NCBI GenBank assembly: GCA_002269645.1
Contig: NIVC01000690.1
Span: 310,001 to 374,000 of the forward strand
Reading direction: 5' to 3'
DNA length: 64,000 bases
Source of the DNA: Macrostomum lignano
Taxonomy: Eukaryota
Shown piece by piece: positions 51,262 through 64,000 of the stretch (position 1 is the stretch's first letter; the number at the start of each line of letters is the position of its first letter). The notes under the pieces were generated by a model. The model saw only the letters and a program-made list of their open reading frames with translations, was not told where the DNA came from and searched no databases. A program made the translations under genes and the position numbers.

Positions 51262-54200
51262 GGAGAGATAGAATGAGAATAGAATAAAATAGAATCAGAT
51301 CAGAATCAGATTGAGAGAGATAGAATGGGGAGAGATAGATTGGGTGAGATAGAATGGGGAGAGATAGATTGGGTGAGATAGAATGGGGAGAGATAGAATG
51401 GGGAGAGATAGAATGAAGAGAAATAGAATGGGGAGAGATAGAATGAAGAGAGATAGAATGTGGAGAGATAGAAAGAAGAGAGATAGAATGGGGAGAGATA
51501 GAATGAAGAGAGATAGAATGTGGAGAGATAGAATGGAGAGAGATAGAATGGGGAGAGATAGAATGGAGAGAAATAGAATGGGGAGAGATAGAATGAGAAT
51601 AGAATAAGATAGAATCAGATCAGAATCAGATTGAGAGAGATAGAATGGGGAGAGATAGATTGGGTGAGATAGAATGGGGAGAGATAGATTGGGTGAGATA
51701 GAATGGGGAGAGATAGAATGGGGAGAGATAGAATGAAGAGAAATAGAATGGGGAGAGATAGAATGAAGAGAGATAGAATGTGGAGAGATAGAAAGAAGAG
51801 AGATAGAATGGGGAGAGATAGAATGAAGAGAGATAGAATGTGGAGAGATAGAATGGAGAGAGATAGAATGGGGAGAGATAGAATGGAGAGAAATAGAATG
51901 GGGAGAGATAGAATGTAGAGAGATAGAATGGGAGAGATAGAATGCGGATCGAGATAGAATGAAGAGAGATAGAATGTGGAGAGATAGAATGGAGAGAGAT
52001 AGAATGGGGAGAGATAGAATAGGAGAAATAGAATGGGAGAGATCGAATGCGGAGAGATAGAATTAAGAGAGATAGAATGGGGACAGATAGACTGGAGAGA
52101 GATAGAATGGGGAGAGATAGGATGGAGAGAGATAGAATGCGGAGAGATAGAATTAAGAGAGATAGAATGAGGAGAGATAGAATGGAGAGAGATAGAATGA
52201 AGAGAGATAGAATCAGATCAGAATCAGATTGAGTGAGATAGAATGGGGAGAGATAGATTGGGTGAGATAGAATGGGGAGAGATAGAATGTGGAGAGATAG
52301 AATGGAGAGAGATAGAATGGGGAGAGATAGAATGAAGAGAGATAGAATGGGGAGGAGATAGAATGGAGAGAGATAGAATGCGGAGAGATAGAATTAAGAG
52401 AGATAGAATGGGGAGAGATAAAATGGGAGAGATAGAATGGGAGAGATAGAATGAAGAGAGATAGAATGGGGAGAGATAGAATGGAGAGAGATAGAATGAA
52501 GAGAGATAGAATGTGGAGAGATAGAATGGAGAGAGATAGAATGGGGAGAGATAGAATAGGAGAAATAGAATAGGAGAGATAGAATGCGGAGAGATAGAAT
52601 TAGGAGAGATAGAATGGGGAGAGATAGAATAGGAGAAATAGAATGGGAGAGATAGAATGCGGAGAGATAGAATTAAGAGAGATAGAATGGGGAGAGATAG
52701 AATGGAGAGAGATAGAATGGGGAGAGATAGAATAGGAGAAATAGAATGGGGAGAGATAGAATGGGGAGAGATAGAATGAAGAGAGATAGAATGTGGAGAG
52801 ATAGAATGGAGAGAGATAGAATGGGGAGAGATAGAATTAAGAGAGATAGAATGGGGAGAGATAGAATGGAGAGAGATAGAATGGGGAGAGATAGAATGGA
52901 GAGAGATAGAATGGGGAGAGATAGAATGAAGAGAGATAGAATGTGGAGAGATAGAATGAAGAGAGATATAATGGGGAGAGATAGAATGAAGAGAGATAGA
53001 ATGGGGAGAGATAGAATGGAGAGAGATAGAATGGGGAGAGATAGAATGGAGAGAAATAGAATGGGGAGAGATAGAATGTAGAGAGATAGAATGGGAGAGA
53101 TAGAATGGAGAGAGATAGAATGAATGGGAGAGATAGAATGGAGAAAGATAGAATGGGGAGAGATAGAATAGGAGAAATAGAATGGGAGAGATAGAATGCG
53201 GAGAGATAGAATTAAGAGAGATAGAATGGGGAGAGATAGAATGGAGAGAGATAGAATGGGGAGAGATAGGATGGAGAGAGATAGAATGCGGAGAGATAGA
53301 ATTAAGAGAGATAGAATGAGGAGAGATAGAATGGAGAGAGATAGAATGAAGAGAGATAGAATCAGATCAGAATCAGATTGAGTGAGATAGAATGGGGAGA
53401 GATAGATTGGGTGAGATAGAATGGGGAGAGATAGAATGTGGAGAGATAGAATGGAGAGAGATAGAATGGGGAGAGATAGAATGAAGAGAGATAGAATGGG
53501 GAGAGATAGAATGGAGAGAGATAGAATGCGGAGAGATAGAATTAAGAGAGATAGAATGGGGAGAGATAAAATGGGAGAGATAGAATGGGAGAGATAGAAT
53601 GAAGAGAGATAGAATGGGGAGAGATAGAATGGAGAGAGATAGAATGAAGAGAGATAGAATGTGGAGAGATAGAATGGAGAGAGATAGAATGGGGAGAGAT
53701 AGAATAGGAGAAATAGAATAGGAGAGATAGAATGCGGAGAGATAGAATTAGGAGAGATAGAATGGGGAGAGATAGAATAGGAGAAATAGAATGGGAGAGA
53801 TAGAATGCGGAGAGATAGAATTAAGAGAGATAGAATGGGGAGAGATAGAATGGAGAGAGATAGAATGGGGAGAGATAGAATAGGAGAAATAGAATGGGGA
53901 GAGATAGAATGGGGAGAGATAGAATGAAGAGAGATAGAATGTGGAGAGATAGAATGGAGAGAGATAGAATGGGGAGAGATAGAATGGAGAGAGATAGAAT
54001 GGGGAGAGATAGAATGGAGAGAGAGATAGAATGAATGGAGAGATAGAATGGGAGAGATAGAATGAAGAGAGATAGAATGTGGAGAGATAGAATGAAGAGA
54101 GATATAATGGGGAGAGATAGAATGAAGAGAGATAGAATGGGGAGAGATAGAATGGAGAGAGATAGAATGGGGAGAGATAGAATGTAGGGAGATAGAATGG

Positions 54201-55700
54201 GAGAGATAGAATGCGGATCGAGAGAATTAAGAGAGATAGAATGGGGAGAGATAGAATGGAGAGAGATAGAATGGGGAGAGATAGAATGGAGATAGATAGA
54301 ATGGGGAGAGATAGAATGGGAGAGATAGAATGGGAGAGATAGAATGAAGAGAGATAGAATGGGAGAGATAGAATGCAGAGAGATAGAATTAAGAGAGATA
54401 GAATGGGGAGAGACAGAATGGAGAGAGATAGAATGTGGAAAGATAGAATGGAGAGAGATAGAATGGGGAGAGATAGAATAGGAGAAATAGAATGGGAGAG
54501 ATAGAATGCTTAGAGATAGAATTAAGAGAAATAGAATGGGGAGAGATAGAATGTGGAAAGATAGAATGGAGAGAGATAGAATGGGGAGAGATAGAATAGG
54601 AGAAATAGAATGGGGAGAGATAGAATGGGGAGAGATAGAATGAAGAGAGATAGAGTGTGGAGAGATAGAATTAAGAGAGATAGAATGGGGAGAGATAGAA
54701 TGGAGAGAGATAGAATGGGGAGAGATAGAATGGAGAGAGATAGAATGCGGAGAGATAGAATTAAGAGAGATAGAATGGGGAGAGATAGAATGGAGAGAGA
54801 TAGAATGGGGAGAGATAGAATGGAGATAGATAGAATGGGGAGAGATAGAATGAAGAGAGATAGAATGTGGAGAGATAGAATGAAGAGAGATATAATGGGG
54901 AGAGATAGAATGAAGAGAGATAGAATGGGGAGAGATAGAATGGAGAGAGATAGAATGGGGAGAGATAGAATGTAGGGAGATAGAATGGGAGAGATAGAAT
55001 GCGGATCGAGATAGAATTAAGAGAGATAGAATGGGGAGAGATAGAATGGAGAGAGATAGAATGGGGAGAGATAGAATGGAGAGAGATAGAATGGGGAGAG
55101 ATAGAATGGGAGAGATAGAATGGGAGAGATAGAATGAAGAGAGATAGAATGGGGAGAGACAGAATGGAGAGAGATAGAATGTGGAAAGATAGAATGGAGA
55201 GAGATAGAATGGGGAGAGATAGAATAGGAGAAATAGAATGGGAGAGATAGAATGCGGAGAGATAGAATTAAGAGAAATAGAATGGGGAGAGATAGAATGA
55301 AAAGAGATAGAATGTGGAGAGATAGAATGGAGAGAGATAGAATGGGGAGAGATAGAATAGGAGAAATAGAATGGGAGAGATAGAATGCGGAGAGATAGAA
55401 TGGAGAGATAGAATGGAGAGAGATAGAATAGGAGAAATAGAATGGGAGAGATAGAATGCGGAGAGATAGAATGAAGAGAGATAGAATGGGGAGAGATAGA
55501 ATGAAGAGAGATAGAGTGGGGAGAGATAGAATGAAGAGAGATAGAATGGGGAGAGATAGAATGAAGAGAGATAGAATGGGGAGAGATAGAATTAAGAGAG
55601 ATAGAATGTGGAGAGATAGAATGAAGAGAGATAGAATGGGGAGAGATAGAATGAAGAGAGATAGAATGGGGAGAGATAGAATGGGGAGAGACAGAATGGC
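51262..55700. repeat. 4.4-kb 15-bp minisatellite (AGATAGAATGGGGAG)n with higher-order duplications
   Basis: Direct reading; marker blocks recur at offsets 320 and 1149. Confidence 0.98.
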
Positions 55701-55814
55701 AGAGAAAGAACAGGAGAGATAGAACGTGAAAGGTTAGAACGGGATGCGAATGGGGATACAAAACTACAACAAATGATAACCACCGAGAAAACTACGGCAC
55801 AATGGGTGACTCAC

Positions 55815-55930
55815 CCATAGAGTTTTTAAACTGAGCCACAATGTCGTCTATTGGCATTTCGTCGTCGCAGTCAGGCTGGTCGGCGCCCTCCTGCCGGTCT
55901 TCGCTTTCATCCCAGGCTGCCGTTGGCGAC
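55815..55930 (-). CDS. Internal exon of the CBARP-like gene (116 nt, phase 2 to 1)
   Basis: CGCCCACAG acceptor, GTGAGT donor, only one open frame: SPTAAWDESEDRQEGADQPDCDDEMPIDDIVAQFKNSM. Confidence 0.75.
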
Positions 55931-55964
55931 CTGTGGGCGAGTGGGAAATGTTGAAGGCAAAAAG

Positions 55965-56580
55965 GGAGAGGATGGGGAAGGGATAGGATGGGGAAGGGAG
56001 AGGATGGGGAAGGGATAGGATAGGGAAGGGATAGCATGGGGAAGGGAGAGGATGGGGAAGAGATAGCATGGGGAAGGGAGAGGATGGGGAAGAGATAGCA
56101 TGGGGAAGGGAGAGGATGGGGAAGAGATAGCATGGGGAAGGGAGAGGATGGGGAAGAGATAGCATGGGGAAGGGAGAGGATGGGGAAGAGATAGCATGGG
56201 GAAGGGATAGCATGGGGAAGGGATAGCATGGGGAAGGGATAGCATGGGGAAGAGATAGCATGGGGAAGGGATAGCATGGGGAAGGGATAGCATGGGGAAG
56301 GGATAGCATGGGGAAGGGATAGCATGGGGAAGGGATAGCATGGGGAAGAGATAGCATGGGGAAGAGATAGCATGGGGAAGAGATAGCATGGGAATAGATA
56401 GCATGGGGAAGAGATAGCATGGGAATAGATAGCATGGGGAAGGGATAGCATTGGGAAGAGATAGCATGGGAATAGATAGCATGGGAAGAGATAGCATGGG
56501 GAAGGGATAGCATGGGGAAGGGATAGCATGGGGAATAGATAGCGTGGGAAGAGATAGCATGAAGAGGGAGAGAATGGGGA
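55965..56580. repeat. 16-bp minisatellite (GGGAAGGGATAGCATG)n
   Basis: Direct reading; lies about 35 nt from the acceptor of the 55930 exon. Confidence 0.95.
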
Positions 56581-57179
56581 AGGATAAAAACACGAGCTGT
56601 CAGCATGAAGCAATAAGAGATTGAATTATCCAGAGAATTCATCGTCAAGGAAGAGAAAAAAAATCTAAAAAAGCATCTGCGGCTTAATCAATAATGCAAC
56701 ATTACTTGTACGAGTATGTGTTTACTATTTTTTGAGCACAGCTACTCTTGAGTCTTCTCTCTCGGAATTAAAATTTCTCTGCAGGCTAACAGGTGCTGTT
56801 TTACTAATTCATGACCGCCACGAAAGTACAGTGAATAATTTTTTTCAAGAGAGTGAATAGCGCTTTTTTAATTATTTCATTTAAATCGGGCCATACGCAA
56901 TTCAACAAACTGGTTTCAAATAAAAAAAACATTTTTTGTTTTTTCCTTTTAATTTCGTATCAATTTGATTACAAAAACCAACATCAAAGAGACTGAAAAA
57001 TCTAAACTGTCAATTTGGTCTTTATCCTTAGAAAGGGAAACGTAATTCTAATTATAATTTTATCAAAGCTTTTTGTGCAACAGTTTGATTGCTGAAATTT
57101 GTCCCAGCTAAATAAGATGGTTTTCTAGGCTGGGGCATGGCCCTTTGTCTGTTCAAAAACATGATCCTTTATATACCTA

Positions 57180-57500
57180 ACGCATGATCTTTCATGTACC
57201 TATCACATGATCCTTCATGTACATATCACACGATCCTTTATATACCTATCACATGATCCTTCATGTACCTATCACATGATCCTTCATGTACCTATCACAT
57301 TATCCTTCATGTACCTATCACATGATCCTTCATGTACTTATCACATGATCCTTCATGTACATATCACATGATACTTCATGTACTTATCACATGATCCTTC
57401 ATGTACATATCACATTATCCTTCATGTACCTATCACATGATCCTTCATGTACATATCACATGATCCTTTATGTACATATCACATGATCCTTTATATACGT
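57180..57500. repeat. 23-bp minisatellite (TCACATGATCCTTCATGTACCTA)n
   Basis: Direct reading. Confidence 0.95.
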
Positions 57501-57655
57501 CTTACATTATCCTTCCATGTACTTATCAAATTTGTACCGAACACATAATCTTAGTACACCTAGCACATGATTTTTCATGTCCGGCACATGATCCTATATT
57601 TCTATCACACTTTCAGGGTAGCAAGGTGAACCCATTTGAGCCATATAAAACTCAC

Positions 57656-57755
57656 CCTCTTCTCAGAGGTTCAGCGGCTGAGCAGTAGTCTGAGTCCAGC
57701 TCGTGCGGTATGGCCATAGAACTCTCGAAATTATAGTTCAAGCTGCTCTTTCGTC
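57656..57755 (-). CDS. Internal exon of the CBARP-like gene (100 nt, phase 1 to 2)
   Basis: TTCTTGTCCCAATTCAG acceptor, GTGAGT donor, open frame EKSSLNYNFESSMAIPHELDSDYCSAAEPLRRG. Confidence 0.7.
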
Positions 57756-58144
57756 TGAATTGGGACAAGAATTCACAGTTTTGTAAATGAGTTACTAAAA
57801 ATTTTTAGCGACTTGGATCTGTGGAACTGGAACTCTGGCCTCTCCCCGGCAAAAAGCCTTCCACAGCCCCCTGATCCGGTTACAAGGACACTGACTATGA
57901 GATGTTGTCTGTCTGCCTCTTCCTTGCGACTTTGCGCCACTGTCTGTGTTACGTTGGTTATTTGAACAGATTTTTTTTTCAAAGTTTTCAGATCAAATAA
58001 CATTTTACCATCGGCAATGAAGGAATGAATAAACATGAAGGTTAATTAATTACTTTAAATCAAGGTGACGAAAGTCAACCCGCAGGTTTAATTACGTTCG
58101 TATATAAAAGAATGGTCTTGACAACCATAAAAGCCGCATGGGGA

Positions 58145-58560
58145 ATTTCCGAGATGTCAAGGCTCATGGGGGAATTGTTGAGATGTCAAGGCTCATAGGG
58201 GAATTGCTGAGATGTCAAGGCTCATAGGGGAATTGCTGAGATGTCAAGGCTCATAGGGGAATTGCTGAGATGTCAAGGCTCATGGGGGAATTGCTGAGAT
58301 GTCAAGGCTCATGGGGGAATTGCTGAGATGTCAAGGCTCATGGGGGAATTGCTGAGATGTCAAGGCTCATAGGGGAATTGCTGAGATGTCAAGGCTCATG
58401 GGGGAATTGCTGAGATGTCAAGGCTCATGGGGGAATTGCTGAGATGTCAAGGCTCATGGGGGAGTTGCTGAGATTTCAAGGCTCATGGGGGAATTGTTAA
58501 GATGTCAAGGCTCATGGTGTGAATTGCTGAGATGTCAAGCATACGGGGGAATTGCTGAGA
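58145..58560. repeat. 29-bp minisatellite (GAATTGCTGAGATGTCAAGGCTCATRGGG)n
   Basis: Direct reading. Confidence 0.95.
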
Positions 58561-59286
58561 TGAAAATGTGTTGAAGAGCTCCTTGGGGGTTGCTCAGAAT
58601 CTTTGATGCCGAAATCCTGGGCTATGTGGATAGCTGGCTTACAGGGGGGAAGGTTTTTTCTTTAAACACCATTTTCCTTAAAGTCTCAATAGTGACTGTA
58701 AAGGGTCAAAACATATGTGTATTTTACTTCATTTCAAAAATTCCCATTCCTTTCTTTTTCGCCTCCCCAAACGGGGGGGGGCGCTGATTGCTAGTCCATA
58801 TACTAAAAATGGTTTTTCGGGATCTATCTAGTTGAAATATACTAATTATTTTTCAAACGTTCATTTAAGAAACTCATATGAACCTGATGAAGATAGAACG
58901 CATGCAGCATATTTAGTTATTGCAACTAAAAATAGTTTATAAACATACAGTAAACTAAGCAAGGTAGGAGCGCCAAAAATAAGCGCACCGTTGTGCATTA
59001 TTAATTGCTGATTTCCATGGTATATGGTTAGTCACACGCAACTTATAGGCTAAAGATTATTTTCCAACTAAAATGTGATCAGAGTCCACTGCAGTTATTG
59101 ATATTGTTATGAACATTTAGATACAACTGGTCACGTATTAATAATCTTTTTTTTCATTGCTAGGCGGATACAAGCCAGTGATGGATGGAGGTCGGAGAGA
59201 ATTCTGTGACATTCTGATAAACAGATTAATGACTGATGGTCGAGCTGGGGACTGGGGTCCAGGGCTTCTGATTTTTCATGCTAGTG

Positions 59287-61022
59287 GACTGAGATGAGAG
59301 TGAACTGAGATGAGAGTGAACTGAGATGAGAGTGAACTGAGATGAGAGTGAACTGAGATGAGAGTGAACTGAGATGAGAGTGAATTGAGATGAGAGTGAA
59401 CTGAGCGAGAGTAAACAGAGATAAGAGTGAACTGAGCGTGAGTGAACAGAGATGAGAGTGAACTGAGATAAGAGTGAACTGAGATGAGAGTGAACTGAGA
59501 TAAGAGTGAACTGAGATGAGAGTGAACTGAGCGAGAGTAAACAGAGATGAGAGTGAACAGAGATGAGAGTGAACTGAGATAAGAGTGAACAGAGATGAGA
59601 GTGAACTGAGATAAGAGTGAACTGAGATGAGAGTGAACTGAGATAAGAGTGAACAGAGATGAGAGTGAACTGAGATAAGAGTGAACAGAGATGAGAGTGA
59701 ACTGAGATGAGAGTGAACTGAGATGAGAGTGAATTGAGATGAGAGTGAACTGAGCGAGAGTAAACAGAGATAAGAGTGAACTGAGCGTGAGTGAACAGAG
59801 ATGAGAGTGAACTGAGATAAGAGTGAACTGAGATGAGAGTGAACTGAGCGAGAGTAAACAGAGATGAGAGTGAACAGAGATGAGAGTGAACTGAGATAAG
59901 AGTGAACAGAGATGAGAGTGAACTGAGATAAGAGTGAACTGAGATGAGAGTGAACTGAGATAAGAGTGAACAGAGATGAGAGTGAACTGAGATAAGAGTG
60001 AACAGAGATGAGAGTGAACTGAGATAAGAGTGAACTGAGATGAGAGTGAACTGGGATAAGAGTGAACAGAGATGAGAGTGAACTGAGATAAGAGTGAACT
60101 GAGATGAGAGTGAACTGAGCGAGAGTAAACAGAGATGAGAGTGAACAGAGATGAGAGTGAACTGAGATAAGAGTGAACAGAGATGAGAGTGAACTGAGAT
60201 AAGAGTGAACTGAGATGAGAGTGAACTGAGATAAGAGTGAACAGAGATGAGAGTGAACTGAGATAAGAGTGAACAGAGATGAGAGTGAACTGAGATGAGA
60301 GTGAACTGAGATGAGAGTGAATTGAGATGAGAGTGAACTGAGCGAGAGTAAACAGAGATAAGAGTGAACTGAGCGTGAGTGAACAGAGATGAGAGTGAAC
60401 TGAGATAAGAGTGAACTGAGATGAGAGTGAACTGAGCGAGAGTAAACAGAGATGAGAGTGAACAGAGATGAGAGTGAACTGAGATAAGAGTGAACAGAGA
60501 TGAGAGTGAACTGAGATAAGAGTGAACTGAGATGAGAGTGAACTGAGATAAGAGTGAACAGAGATGAGAGTGAACTGAGATAAGAGTGAACAGAGATGAG
60601 AGTGAACTGAGATAAGAGTGAACTGAGATGAGAGTGAACTGGGATAAGAGTGAACAGAGATGAGAGTGAACTGAGATAAGAGTGAACAGAGATGAGAGTG
60701 AACTGAGATAAGAGTGAACAGAGATGAGAGTGAACTGAGATAAGAGTGAACAGAGATGAGAGTGAACTGAGATAAGAGTGAACTGAGATGAGAGTGAACT
60801 GAGATAAGAGTGAACAGAGATGAGAGTGAACTGAGATAAGAGTGAACAGAGATGAGAGTGAACTGAGATAAGAGTGAACAGAGATGAGAGTGAACTGAGA
60901 TAAGAGTGAACAGAGATGAGAGTGAACTGAGATAAGAGTGAACAGAGATGAGAGTGAACTGAGATAAGAGTAAACAGAGATGAGAGTAAACAGAGATGAG
61001 AGTGAACAAAGATGAGAGTGAA
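59287..61022. repeat. 16-bp minisatellite (GAGATGAGAGTGAACT)n, 1.7 kb
   Basis: Direct reading; 588-bp internal duplication. Confidence 0.98.
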
Positions 61023-61599
61023 CTAACTAAATGAAATTGTTTCCTGTGACGCAGTTCGGTCAGCACTAAATGAAAATGTATAAATATAGTCTCCGGGAGA
61101 TGATTACAGACGAGAATGCAGTGCGGCAGAGAGGATAAATAGGGGGGGGGGGCATTTGGGAAGAGGGGAACGCCTTAGCCCAGGGTTGCTCTCACGGGGC
61201 GAAGCAGATGGTCGCATTAGTCGTCTAAGTCCGGCTCTCTGCTTTCTAGTTCTGAAACTGGACCAGCCTCATTTTGAGTTGAGTCAGCAGCGAGCTGAGC
61301 TCCCCATATATCCAACTGCCGCATCGGAGTCATGAATAATTCAGCCCCCCCTCCATCTCCGCATGCGAATGACCAGCGGGACGCCAAGCGCCCAGCTTTT
61401 GGTCGTTAAATTTTGGGCGGGAGAAACGGATGACGAGGAAAATAAAGACAGATTGAGTGCTCGGTCGAGCTGCGGCGAAGGGGGGCGGGGCGAGGACAGG
61501 AACTCGAATTTGTTGTTATGGCAATTTGAATGAAGAGAGAGGATTGTGGGAATAAAGGGATTATTGAGATGATGAGCAGCCTTCTGGGTATTGCTCATT

Positions 61600-62580
61600 T
61601 GTGAGGATGAGGATTTTGAGTATAGGGATTAAAAGGATCAGAATTTTTGAGGATGGGAATTATGAGGATGAGGATTGTGAGGATGAGGTCTGTGAGGATC
61701 AGGATTGAGTGTGAGGATTATGGGGATGAGGATTATGAAGACGAGGATTTTATAAGGGTGAGGATCATGACGATGAGGATTATGGGGATGAGGATTATGA
61801 AGATGAGGATCATGAGGATGAGGATTATGGGGATGAGGTTTATGAGGATGAGGATTATGAGGATGAGGATTATGAGGATGAGGATTATGAGGATGAGGAT
61901 CATGAGGATGAGGATTATGGGGATGAGGATTATGAGGATGAGGATTATGAGGATGAGGATTATGAGGATGAGGATTATGAGGATGAGGATTATGAGGATG
62001 AGGATTATGAGGATGAGGATTATGAGGATGAGGATCATGAGGATGAGGATTATGGGGATGAGGATTATGAGGATGAGGATCATGAGGATGAGGATTATGG
62101 GGATGAGGTTTATGAGGATGAGGATTACGAGGATGAGGATTATGAGTGTGAGGATTATGGGGATGAGGATTATGGGGATGAGGATTACGAGGATGAGGAT
62201 CATGAGGATGAGGATTATGGGGATGAGGATTATGGGGATGAGGATTATGGGGATGAGGATTATGAGGATGAGGATTATGGGGATGAGGATTATGAGGATG
62301 AGGATCATGAGGATGAGGATTATGGGGATGAGGTTTATGAGGATGAGGATTATGAGGATGAGGATTATGGGGATGAGGATCATTAGGATGAGGATTATGA
62401 GGATGAGGATTATGAGGATGAGGATCATGAGGATGAGGATTATGGGGATGAGGTTTATGAGGATGAGGAGAATGAGGATGAGGATTATGGGGATGAGGAT
62501 CATGAGGATGAGGATTATGAGTGTGAGGATTATGGGGATGAGGATTATGAGGATGAGGAATTTGAGGACGAGGATGATCA
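61600..62580. repeat. 15-bp minisatellite (GAGGATGAGGATTAT)n
   Basis: Direct reading. Confidence 0.97.
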
Positions 62581-63289
62581 GAATAAGGTCCAAGAAAATT
62601 AATATCGTGAGAAGAAGGATGATGTAACATGGAATTTAGGGAGTTATATGTCAGGGCAGCAGGTTCTATAAGCGGATGTTTCTGACACAGGAAGGTAACA
62701 CCCGCAGGCTCTGCCCCCGAAAAAATTCAATTAGGAACTGGCAAGAGCAAGGATTTTTAATCTGTCTCCTGTTTCTCTTCTCTGCCCCTCCGGCACTGAA
62801 AAGAAAGACAAATATTTGAATTTCGTGCCGGGTGGAGTCACGGTTGGAGTACAGAGGCAGCCAATTGACGTCACAGGATATTCTTTGTCTCTTTTCCCTC
62901 TGCTCAGCTTGGCAACCCTGCCATCTCGGCCGGGCTTGCCTGTTAATGCTTGTGTCACAATGGCTGTGCCAGGCCGAGAACAGAAAAGGCGCCCTGTGGC
63001 AGCTTGGAAAGTGCATCAAATTTGTGGCCACGTGATTTTTGACTGCTTATTTTTTTGTCAGTTTGGATTGTTCAGAGCGCATCGAGGGTAGAAAGAGATG
63101 GATGCGGGATTGAGACGGGGGATTAAAGTACAACGGATCAAATCGAATGCGTGCCATTATTTTCATTGGAAAATGTTTGTTTTTTTAATTTTTTAACAGA
63201 TTTATGATCGTAAAAATTTATTGTGTCGGATTGAGACAGCATTGGACACTGCCGGAGTGAAGGTGCTATCGATAGAGTGACAGTGAAAG

Positions 63290-63970
63290 AGTGACAGTTC
63301 TGGAGTGATAGTGGCAGAGTGGCGGTGGGAAAGTGACAGTAGGAGAATGACAGTGAGAGAGTGACAGTGGGAGAATGACAGTGAGAGAGTGACAGTGGGA
63401 GAGTGACAGTGGGAGAGTGACAGTGGGAGAGTGACAGTCCTGTCCGGGAGTGACAGTCCTGGAGTGACAGTCCTGTCCGAGAGTGACAGTCCTGTCCGAG
63501 AGTGACAGTCCTGTCCGAGAGTGACAGTCCTGTCCGAGAGTGACAGTCCTGTCCGAGAGTGACAGTCCTGTCCGAGAGTGACAGTCCTGTCCGAGAGTGA
63601 CAGTCCTGTCCGAGAGTGACAGTCCTGTCCGAGAGTGACAGTCCTGTCCGAGAGTGACAGTCCTGTCCGAGAGTGACAGTCCTGTCCGAGAGTGACAGTC
63701 CTGTCCGAGAGTGACAGTCCTGTCCGAGAGTGACAGTCCTGTCCGAGAGTGACAGTCCTGTCCGAGAGTGACAGTCCTGTCCGAGAGTGACAGTCCTGTC
63801 CGAGAGTGACAGTCCTGTCCGAGAGTGACAGTCCTGTCCGAGAGTGACAGTCCTGTCCGAGAGTGACAGTCCTGTCCGAGAGTGACAGTCCTGTCCGAGA
63901 GTGACAGTCCTGTCCGAGAGTGACAGTCCTGTCCGAGAGTGACAGTCCTGTCCGAGAGTGACAGTCCTGG
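63290..63970. repeat. 19-bp minisatellite (GAGAGTGACAGTCCTGTCC)n with degenerate left part
   Basis: Direct reading. Confidence 0.97.
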
Positions 63971-64000
63971 AGTGATAGTGCTAATGCGGTCACTAGAATG

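Noticed and set aside
53821-55761. 646-aa ORF and the MGRDRM-type ORFs on the opposite strand
   Set aside because: Translations of the 15-bp minisatellite; no coding complexity.
57790-57945. Additional upstream exon of the CBARP-like gene (acceptor at ~57945, frame SGAKSQG...GLWKAFCRG)
   Set aside because: No convincing donor in the phase needed to join the 57755 exon; left unannotated.
59276-63993. 596-, 330-, 326-, 286- and 263-aa ORFs (LISVHS, HPHNP, MRMRI, LSLSDRTVT repeats)
   Set aside because: Stop-free frames of 16-, 15- and 19-bp tandem arrays; open in several frames at once.

Overview
Eukaryotic (animal, intron-containing) genomic DNA; no prokaryotic features and no CRISPR array. 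The composition, CAG-rich exon and dense minisatellites suggest a flatworm-like invertebrate (inference only). Bases 1-46 kb are a transposon graveyard: a 5'-truncated Penelope-like element with a hammerhead ribozyme, non-LTR RT, P-like and Gypsy relics, a bounded hAT element, hAT MITEs, a MULE-type foldback element, a 3'-truncated Ty3/Gypsy element with a clear -1 frameshift signal, and a pogo-type DD35D transposase that splices in frame into an OTU deubiquitinase domain. Bases 47-58 kb hold four phase-compatible minus-strand exons of a host gene carrying three ordered motifs of vertebrate CBARP/BARP (Cav-beta regulator). Its introns and upstream region are filled with kb-scale minisatellites, which explain most long ORFs in the track. 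All family assignments are by eye from remembered motifs, not database searches.
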